Below are positions 26,401 through 36,535 of a stretch of DNA of 64,000 nt, piece by piece. Source of the DNA: Glaucostegus cemiculus (lineage: Eukaryota); contig CDPCPM010000026.1 in NCBI GenBank assembly GCA_976551045.1, positions 8,432,001-8,496,000 on the forward strand. The letters run 5' to 3'. Every line of letters starts with the position of its first letter. Within the stretch, counting starts at the first letter, position 1. The notes beneath the pieces were generated by a model. The model ran no database searches. It had not been told where the DNA came from and saw only the letters and a program-made list of their open reading frames with translations. A program made the position numbers and the translations under genes.

Positions 26401-28795
26401 GCCATGTCATTTTCTTCCCTCTGTAAATACAAGAACTGAAGGATGCCAGTTGGTTAAACTATCAGTTTGTACTGCATATATTATGATGTAGCTCTCACCA
26501 ATGCCCATTGAGCTAGAAACAATAAGAAGGGGACCTAGAGTCTGGCAGCAGGGATGGGTTTTGGCTCTAATTTTATTTTGAAGGAGTGTTACACAAACTG
26601 GTTGGAGAAGTTTTGGGGTTTCAGAGATACTGGAAAATAATGTTTTTAATTGTTGACCAAGTAAGATAAGTGAAAGACAGATCTGAAGATTTTGAATTAT
26701 TGAGAGAATTAACTGCATTAAGGTTCTCTTAAACATGCTTACAAAGAATTGGAAAGAGATATTACAGAGACGATTGGAAATTGAGACTCCCTTGTTTTCG
26801 CATCTTAGCATTCCAAATTCCTGAAATAACTACCTTCTAAATTTGAAATGCATTGTGTTTAAGATTCTGCAAGTTGGTTTTGTTAATTTACAGAGATTCT
26901 TTAGGATAATTATGAGAGACATAAAGCTAAAAATGTAAGCATTTATTTAAGCAATTGAGAAATGTTTACATGCAATAACTTCATTGCACTGGAGAAGTAA
27001 ACAAGGGATCATGAATCAAATCAAATTATTTCAAAACAACAGTTCAACACATAAGCCTTTTGTTTGAAAGACTACTTTAGTTAATTTTATACATTAACCA
27101 AAAGGTATTCTGTGAATTAATTTTAAATGAATAAACCTATATTCAACTTGTTTGCTGCATATGCTGGTATTTTCTCAATAAAGTTTCATCAGTTCCAAAT
27201 AATACAAATATATTCTTGTTTAAAGACCTGAACAAGCAATTGATTAACTGTCATATCTTTCATTGTTTAAAAAAATTCAAATCTCTTGGCTCCAAGTTTA
27301 CAAAAATAAAATAGTCATGGCCCTACATCGTTACTGTTTGACAGCAATCTCTGGCAATGTACTTGTGCAACTCAATGCAGAGATCTAGAAGTTGATGTCA
27401 ATCATAGCTTGCTCCATTATGAAATGCTCTTTGACAGTCTTTGCAGATGCAACCAATACTGAATAAATTAATTGATGCAAACTTCAACTTTTAATAACTT
27501 ATTGTGGTAAAAGAGATTGAAAAGTTAGGCATTATTGAATGATGTACAACTGAGTTTCTAATGATGTTATAAAATTAGTGTTGCAACTGAGAAGCCTCTT
27601 TCTGTCCATTCCTTGATTAAAAATTTTAGAGATTTTTAAAATACTTTGTACAGAGTTTACATTTCTAATTCTACTATAATCTTGTAATACATATCCCATG
27701 CTTTCATTAGTTTTCTTTAAAATGTGTAAAATGTGAATTCTAATGTGTCTTTAACTTTCTGGATTATTGCCTGCAAGAATTCTTTAAACAATTTGGTTAG
27801 GTTGGCATTCTTGATGACTTTGATGTTCCTTGACACCACAGATCCCCTATTAAGAATGCCTGACTGAAGGTCATAATAGAATTGGGAGAGACAACCCCAC
27901 AGAACCCACTAAATTTATATGAGCCGCTTTCATTATGGTCAATGTGGCTTGGCTTGCCTTCCTTCTACCACTGACTGTAAAGTCCAAGCCATCATATTTG
28001 TTACAGGCATGTTCATGGGTAGATAATCTTCCAATTTCTCATAATTAGTTCAAAATTGCTCCAAATGATTATTCATCACAGCATGCTTTTGATATCTGAT
28101 TTTTATTGCTGCTTATTATCACATGGCTGATCGGGATATTTTCCCTTCATTATAACTGGTAATGATCAACATATTAATTTACCAGCTAACTAGCCAAATC
28201 CCTCAAGTGCTCCAGATTTGATTAAAATGTTTCCACTGGATTTCACTGCAAAAATATGATAACATACTTGTATTAAGTCTTCATAAATTAAAAGGGAAAG
28301 TTGTTAAATACTTCAACGTCATTTAGCCATAACTGATCCTTTTTATTGATGTGGTGATTTGGCCTATCCAGCCTCTTTGTGTATTTTACTTGGCAAACAT
28401 TAGATTGATTTCAGCAATGGAAATCCCCTTGAATCATGTCTGTAGCATCATTAATACCAACAAAAAAAATCATTTAAAATTATGGTCTTTTAAAATAGAT
28501 TCTCATGTCTCTGATTATTGTGTTATTCTGCTGTGTTATGTAATAAATTATCATCCAGAAAAGAAAATGCAGCCTTTGACAGTCCAGCTCAACAACTACC
28601 AATGATGTGGGATATGCTTCAAAGTAGTGAGGAAAAGCTTAAGCTAAATTCAGACATTGCAGCTGTCTGGTTGTATAGAGATGCACAATAAATTCTCTGC
28701 CAGTAACCCTATCAGCACTATGTATGGATATAGTGGTTTATAGTAGTCACATGCATTACTTAGGTTAAGGTTCCTGCACTTTGTTCTCTTTACAG

Positions 28796-29566
28796 GCTGC
28801 TGCAGAATCAGCGGAAGCACAGACCATGCGTTCTGTGCAGCAGACTTTGGCATCGACGAGTCTTTCAACTTCCCTTCTTATGAATTCATCACTTTCGCAG
28901 CATGCATCTGTCTCAGTGTCAACCCAGTCCCTGCAACAGACACTGCCAAGGGCAATTGCCCCCAAACCAATGAGATTGCCCCTGCAAGGCAATCAGCTGG
29001 CATCTGTTTCTATCACAGCGAACATGTCAACAAACATTGCCACACCCATGGGAACTTCTATGGGCACCACTATGGTCCCTACTTCACCTTCACCCCAGTT
29101 AAGCCCTCCACTGCAGTCTCAACAACACCAGATGCAGCAGATGCAACAGCATCAATTGCAGCACTTCCAGCAGCATCACATGCAGCAGCAACTGCATCAG
29201 CAAATACAGCATCAGCATCAAATACAACAACACCAAATGCAGCAGCAGCAAATGCACCATCAAATGCAGCAGCAGCAAATTCAGCAGCACATGCAGCAAC
29301 AGTTGCATCAGCAGCTGCAACAGCAGCAGATCCAGCAGCAGTTACAGCAAATGCAGTTACAGCACATGCAGAAACAGCAAATCCAGCAGCTGCAACAGCA
29401 ACACCCACCTCAGCACTCACCACCTCAGCATTCCCCTGTTGCATCACAACCAGTGGTGGCCTCACAGATCACTTCTCCTCTTCCCACACGGTCAAGTCCA
29501 CAACCAGTCCAGCAACAACAGCAACCTCCACTACAAACCCAGGCCCAGACCCAAGTATTGCCACAG
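28796..29566 (+). CDS. TOX3: TOX3 large exon with polyQ/His-rich region ([20 protein letters not shown]...QTQVLPQ); reads through to TAA at 29581 if unspliced
   Basis: Acceptor ttgttctctttaCAG ends at 28795; phase-0 donor CAG|gtcagt at 29567. [20 protein letters not shown], RxIAPKP and the Q-rich tract identify TOX3 rather than TOX, TOX2 or TOX4. Confidence 0.96.
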
Positions 29567-29716
29567 GTCAGTAAGTATTAAAAATGGAAAATTCCCAGTG
29601 AATCAGGTTGATATGCCATTGTATACTGACATGACTCGTGTTTCTAAAATGGGAATTGAGTGGTATTTCATAAATTGATGAATCCATTGTAATAATGACC
29701 TCCAACTGTTTGTTAT

Positions 29717-29959
29717 AATAAAAATATACTTCAGGATCTTCTTTGACTTGTGATAAACTGATCACAACATGGCTTTTTAGGAATGAATTATGCACCCATT
29801 AAGTTTATTGTTCATTATAATGTGAAGCTGAGCATCTTAGCTCCGTTCTGTACTATGTATAAAATACATTTTATACAGCAACACATATTACATACTTTGA
29901 AGAAAATGTAAAACAAGAAAAATAACATTGTTTAAATAAAAGTTATACTAGTAAATAAA
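29717..29959 (+). promoter_or_regulatory. Cluster of AATAAA hexamers (29717, 29935, 29954); possible intronic polyadenylation for a short isoform
   Basis: Three canonical hexamers within 400 nt of the read-through stop at 29581. The AT-rich background makes chance occurrence possible. Confidence 0.35.
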
Positions 29960-30788
29960 ATGGTGTGGTAATTGGTATAAACATTTTACAATTCAGTATT
30001 GAAATAGAAATAATACTGCACAATTGGATGAGTTAAGTGTAGATTGACATTAACCAAATCTACCTATTGTTTAATTGGTGGCTTCAAGAAAATCCTTCCC
30101 ATATGTTAAAGAATGTGAATTCAGTGATTTTTTTATGCCACATTTTATATTTGTTTACTGTACAGAAATTAACATCATTTTCACTTCTATTATGTCAGTA
30201 CACCACATAAATGAAGTTAGAATTATCCTTGTAGATTTGACTAATATAAGCTTTCAATAGCAACTCCACTATTTGAGCGATGTCAGCCTACAATTAGAAA
30301 GGAATTGGAATCGATAAGGTGCATCATGCACAGAACAACTGTTACTGATTTTTTTTCCTTGGTGGGAAATCCCCAAATATATTACTTGGGGTGGGGGGGG
30401 GGGGAAGAAAAGCCCTTTATTCCATCCTATTTACTTTAAACTCCATAGAATGTTTAGATCTTACTGGATTTAGTTCACTCTTGAGGAAGGCCTTCATAAT
30501 TCATTAGTATTGATGGTCCTTTCACACTTCTGAAATGAACCCCACAGATAACACACTGATTATCTGATTCCACAATTGGACGACAATCAGGAAAATGCAG
30601 TTACTCTCTGTACTGGTATGCTGCTTTGCAAATAAAATCCATCTGCTCCACTATCTCCAGTGACCATTGTTGAACAGAATAAAGAATGCATAATGAGTTT
30701 GATTTGAAGAAGCAGGAAATGAATTAAAATCTGCACTGATTGGCCTCAGATTTTACTAACTGTATTTTTCCTTTGAATTCTCTTATAG

Positions 30789-30798
30789 GATATTTGAT
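30789..30798 (+). other. Candidate 10-nt microexon (GATATTTGAT) with in-frame stop
   Basis: TACTAAC branch point at 30754-30760, pyrimidine tract, TAG ending at 30788, then GTAAGT donor at 30799. Confidence 0.5.
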
Positions 30799-33684
30799 GT
30801 AAGTTTTTATTTTGATTGTCCTCCCCACATACTATCAACAAGACATTTTAGTGTGACATTCTGCTTCCCAGATACAAAACTAGCTCTTGTAAATGCATAA
30901 TGCATATAGGAATACTAATAAGAATCTAAGATAATGTATTTAGGAAATAACATTCATTGAATTGGACCGTGTTCTAAATAGATGCAGTAGTAAAAGATCT
31001 TATCAGTTGTCTAATCATTCACCAGTAAATGAATTTGTAATTTGTATTAATAGCATTGAGAAAAAAGTACTGAGCACCTTTGTGTATCCTGCCTGCACAC
31101 AGATGGGATTAGCAGTTCACATTATTTCATTTCTCATCCAAGTGCTTCAGAAATGAGGCTGCCATCGTAATGTTCTCTAGAACAGCATGGCTGCCGTCCC
31201 CAGCTGTCTCTAGTGATTAATTACAGCATCTGTCCTGTCAGAAGCTATAGTGGAGAAGTCTGGTTAAAATTGCAAATTAGCACTGGCAACAACCTTAAAC
31301 TGCTGATGATAAAATGAAAATTAAAAACAGCAAGTGTCATGCATGACTGGAATCCCAATACACACTGGGGTACATGCTAGACTATGTGTCCACAGCTACC
31401 AGCTATTAGATGTAAACAGAAATTAAAATAATAAGCAGTCACAAAATAGCAGGTATTGTGTTGAGGCTGAACTACACTTACGTTGATAAGGAACATGCAT
31501 TTCTCCTTTACTGTGCAACTGTTCAGCATTTTGATCCCTGTATACAAATATTTAATGGTGTAGTGGTGTATATCTGATTAAATTCTTAAATCCATTGCTC
31601 AGAATAAATTAGATGGGAAGAAAAGAAAGCTTTGTGTGGGGAAATTATCTCCTCCAATTAACATTTCATCTGCTATCAGAAAATTAATATGAATTAGGCA
31701 TCGAGATAATTCAGTGCAAATCAGCTTTTATATTTTATTGTCAGGTATAATTACATTTTTACTTCTGACAAAAGAGTAATATGAATCATATTTTAATTTA
31801 TGTTTATTTTTGGCTATTTCAGACATTAAAGTTTGCATGACTCATTCTGCCCTAGGGAAATTAGCTGCCTCCAATGTAAAATTATGATGTGATATCTCAC
31901 TTGCATGAACAGAATTTTTCTGTCCCTTCATTGCCTATTCATGGCACAAATATTTAACATGTCAATAATGTACAATCACAGAAAAATAAGGAGTTTACAA
32001 ATTTTAACAGTAAGGTTTAAATAATTTTATTTGTTTTCATCTAACGCGGCAAGATTACACACAGGGATCTTTACCATTCTGGTAGAGAGCTGTATCATTA
32101 TTCCCATTAAACAGCTTTGCATTAGTTGAATGAACACAAAGTTTTAATTATAGTTGGCACTAGGTCATTAATCACTAACTTAGAGTACAACAATCCTGGT
32201 GACTGTATACAGCATAATTTCAGTCAGCCATTATCACCTGACCCATTGATGTTTGCAGTATTATGAAACAGATGGATTAAATATCTCAGGTTTAACCAGT
32301 GTCTTCTGCCTTGCTCTATTGAATAGTCTTTAAGCATTTGAAAAGATTCTTTCTATTACCCACTTCATGGAGTAGTTTGCAGTACTGGACTTGAGTATAA
32401 CCTTCCTTGCCCCTTTGTTTGGCTTTTGTTTTGTAACAGCTGTTATCATCGTTTTTGGTCAGCTGTGATTGCTGGAGGGAAAATAGGACCAGATGGTGTT
32501 TTGCTATGCATGAATGGAGTGTTAGAGTAGTTTGGACTGAATAGGCCACGATTGAATGGTGTCTGTTCACCACCTGCCCCCTTAGCAGGCAGTACTTGGA
32601 TCAGAGTAGCATGATCTGTCTTGGACTTAGTAGATTTGGATGGGAAAATATAAGAGAACTTTGTTGGATTTAGCTCATATTTATTGATCTGCTGTGAGGG
32701 CAGCAACATTTTGCAGTACACAGTCAATTTGATTTAATTGGATATGACACCCCATGTACATGTAATCTATCATTGTTTTCTTTCAATACAGTTTATCTGT
32801 TTGTTTCCATGGAAACATGGAATTGTCGTATAGTATCAGATAAAGGAAGGAAGGAGGCAGGAGAATGTTTCAGTGTGTGTTTTTCCTTTTGTTCATTCTT
32901 TTGTAATTACGTTGCGTGTAACAAAGGTGCAAATCTTCAAAAAGTGCCTCCACCCAGTTTTCTGGTGCAGGCACCAGTCTTGAAATGCTAAGATGCAAAG
33001 GCAGTACTTGAACCATGTATTGTTGTCCCAATTAATTTCAAAGATTAAAGCGTGCAAAATGGTGTTTTTACTCATTTTTAATTTGAATAGTAATTACTAA
33101 TTATTGTGCAGACTTTACAAGGACAAGCTCTCTGAATATAATGCTTATTTGTGGCTAAAATGACCCTCCTTTTGTTGTGGAGTGCTTTGCCTATCTAATT
33201 TGTATGCAATCCTTGCTGGTCCTTGTCTGTTGGAAGCCAAAGTATAGTTTTCTTCATTCCTGTATCTACAGGTCACTCACTCCTTTGAAAAGAATGATTG
33301 TGAGTTTTGTTACCATGTATAAAGTTTAGTGCTTGACCTTCGACAGAATTCAGGGGCAAGATTGGGTATTTTCTTTATTCTCGTCTGTTGTGCACTCTCT
33401 GTATTTAGCATGAGGCTACAGCAAATATGCAGCTTCACACTCAGTATATGAAGGAAAGCTATTAAGACTGAAACCACATTATAGAGACCCCCAGTTATTC
33501 ATTACAAGGAGCATTGGTATCATTATTCCTTGCCGACTGTTGATACTACATTTACATCTTGTTTGGGCACCACAGAGATAGAAAATTTCGCCGACTCTTT
33601 ACCCTCCACTTCAGAACCATTTAAACATTGGATTAATTAGAGGAAAAAAAATTACCTATTTAAATAGTTTTTAACTACTTCCAG

Positions 33685-33860
33685 ACCTTTTCACCACCTC
33701 CGCCTGAAGTCCAGCCTATCATCAGCTCTCCCCCACCAACTCCTGTGGGTACTACCACTCCAATACGATGCATGAGGACTGGCTGCACAAATCCACCAAT
33801 CCAGAGCGTGGAGTGGGATAATGAATACTGTAGCAGCGAGTGTGTAGTTAACCACTGCAG
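33685..33860 (+). CDS. TOX3: Penultimate TOX3 exon: Pro-rich linker and Cys-rich motif ([58 protein letters not shown])
   Basis: Acceptor ttaactacttcCAG ends at 33684; donor CAG|gtaaca at 33861; 176 nt open frame, phase 0/2. Peptide resembles the recalled TOX4 C-terminus ([10 protein letters not shown]...[15 protein letters not shown]). Confidence 0.9.
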
Positions 33861-35396
33861 GTAACATTTCACATATACCTGTTTTATCAGATTAGTTACA
33901 ATATCTAAATGAAAATGTATTTTTCAAGACACACTATATAAAAAAAAGTTAGTGTGCAAGCAGTATGCACAAATGAAATCAAAATCTCAACACACCAGTA
34001 TCTGCAGTGGTAGACATTTAAATGGATATATCAAGTGCATGCCCATTTGTGGCTGGAAACAAGAATTAGGCAACACTCCTAATGTTGCTTTATATATGAC
34101 AATACATACCTTCTCTGTATATCCATTTTCATTATGCAAAACTTGATCTCAGCCATCAATCCTTGTCAGTTAGCAGAAATCAAATAGTGATTAACCCATC
34201 AAGTGTACTAATGTAGTGGAAGATGAATCTTCTGATTGTAATACTAATATTCTTAGTTGATGGACCATAGATCATTGCGGTTAAACATTACTACACTGAT
34301 AGAAATCCTGAAACAGAGGCAGTTTGGAACTGATGGTAAATACTGTAACTATTCACAAATGTAAACTGTGTGGCATATGTTACGAAGTACTGACCTATCT
34401 ATAAAGTTTTCAAGATGTTAAGGATATGTTCATTATCCAATACACTAATATATTTACTATATTATTTTACATTCTTTTGAAGCACTGTAGATGAAAATGA
34501 ATCTAAAAGTCTCTTATTCTGTTTTGGTGTTAATATTACTACCAGTTATTACAACACTAAGCTTTTTAATTGTTTTTTTATTGTAGTTCTGAATAAAATG
34601 ATATAAATTAATTCTGTTTTCAAGTGGCATAGATGAAACCGTGAAACATGCATACTTAAAAAAATCATGAAGTGCTGATATTTTCCTATTCCTAACCCAT
34701 GGAAAAAGTGATAGGCTTGCCAGTGGCACATTCCTTCTTGTCAGTGATAAAGTGTGAGATGTGGAAACAACAAACAGAAATAAAAATATAGCTGGATATC
34801 ATTATTTGCTGTTGCTAACATTGCTATCATACACATTGTGATGCTCTGTGAACAGTGACTTGCACCTAAAGTGTGAATGTAATTTGAAAAATTACTAATG
34901 GTGTTTATGGTGCAAATCTTGTATTACCATTCCTGGTTGGACCACACCTGCCAGTTAAAATATCAATGAGTGAATGGGGGAATGAAAAACTGCAGAGCAT
35001 TCAGCTGAAATGAATATCTTTCTGTTACTACTTCCAGTTACAAATATTTCACCTGCAGATCTGAAATTCTAAGATGGGTGATGCCATTGCGATGAGACGG
35101 AAAGGCTAATCTGTCATTGTGTACCTTATTTATTGCTTTTTGTCTGAAACATTTCTTAAAAGCACCATTTAAATAAAATACATAATAATCTGATAAAAAC
35201 TAAGATGTATTTTGTTACTAAAAATCTAATCTCAAGCCTTTGTTCAAATGTCATATTCATTCTATTGTCCAGATTGGGAGAGAAAATCTGGAGTTCAGTT
35301 ATCTACCTGGCATTTTACAGTGCTGAAAATGTGTATCTAATTTTGCTTCGGTTTAAATCTAATAGCAGTAAGGTTAAACTCTTGTGTCTTCTGTAG

Positions 35397-35457
35397 GGAT
35401 ATCTTCATGGCGTGGGTTGCCTCTCGTAATCAGAGCTATACTGCTTCGGTGAAGTGA
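35397..35457 (+). CDS. TOX3: Terminal TOX3 coding exon ((R)[19 protein letters not shown])
   Basis: Acceptor cttgtgtcttctgTAG ends at 35396. It completes the phase-2 Arg codon (AG|G); TGA at 35455-35457. Resembles the recalled TOX4 end [20 protein letters not shown]. Confidence 0.9.
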
Positions 35458-36535
35458 AGATTTGCCATCAACATTTTTGAGCCAAAACTCGGCATTTATC
35501 AGACAGACTGCCAAGAAGATGTTCTGAAAGGCAGCCTGACGTGCTTTGTTTCCTTGTAGCTACATGGGCACAGACTTCAGAAGGCTTTCCAGTGACAGGC
35601 TATACAGACTTTCTTTAGGCCCACCTGCCATTTCTGCCAGTGCCTGGAGAGCTGGCCATTTTACATTGTGTAATGTAGCTTCAGATGATTATTTTGTTTG
35701 ACATGAACTTAAAGGGCATGGCTTTTAGTAAATGACATGCCTCTGCATGATTGCTGAAGACTGTGAGAAGACTCAGATGGAAAAACTTCTTTTGTGACAG
35801 TGATGTCATTGTGACCAGTCAAGACATAAAGTACTGAGTGAAGCATAATACTTAAGTGGAATGCTAACTACTTTTTTTTTAACAATAGCTCTATCACTTT
35901 CTAATGGCTTAAAGGGGAAATTAGATTTTTGTTCAGAAATTCTTTCCATTTTACCTATTGTACACAATGATCAAGTTTAAGAACATTGGTTTCTCACAGA
36001 TGTAATTATTTTCTAAGTTCTTAAGAAACCAGGTTCATCATGTAATCGAGCAATCATGTGGTATCCATGTAAGATCTTTTTCATTATTAGTTTCTATTTC
36101 TGCAACCAAAAAGCATTATTTTGATATGTACTGTATTGTAGGAATTGCTTTTTGTATGGCAATTTCTTAGCATAGTCTGCTCAATTGAACTGTGGCTCCT
36201 CTAAAGAAGAGTTCTGTGCATAAGGCCAAATGCTTTAAAAAAGCTCCTCTTTAATGCAGTAGTCAAGTTAGGAATGGCTAGAGAAAAAAAGCCCATAAAC
36301 CAAAATCAATAATGTTTAATATTTTTACTTCTGTTTGTATTTAAATTTTTTGTATTAAAATGTGTTCTTATTTAAGGTTTAATTATTGAGAAACAATAGC
36401 TGATGTATTAATGATTGACCTTGCAGTGAAACATGTGTTTCTTCATTCAGAAACAAAAGTTTTCTTTCTCTATTGTAACTGATCTTTAATTTCCTTATTT
36501 TGGCTCTAATAAAAAGAGACATGAAAATACTTCAG
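35458..36535 (+). other. TOX3: Probable 3' UTR of the long TOX3 isoform
   Basis: AU-rich stretch with no recognised repeat, running from the stop codon to AATAAA at 36508; the 3' end is estimated. Confidence 0.55.
36508..36513 (+). promoter_or_regulatory. Candidate polyadenylation signal AATAAA (long isoform)
   Basis: Canonical hexamer about 1.05 kb after the stop, preceded by U-rich sequence; ATTAAA also at 36354. Confidence 0.55.

Noticed and set aside
29079-29465. Antisense ORFs rich in Ala/Val or Leu (128 aa and 73 aa)
   Set aside because: They are reverse-strand shadows of the CAG/CAA-rich TOX3 exon, with no independent evidence.
33675-33872. Minus-strand 65-aa ORF
   Set aside because: Shadow of the + strand Cys-rich exon, which has splice sites and TOX4-like homology.
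12994-35457. Calling the gene TOX4 because of its C-terminus
   Set aside because: The post-HMG sequence ([19 protein letters not shown]), [20 protein letters not shown] and the polyQ tract match TOX3 as recalled.
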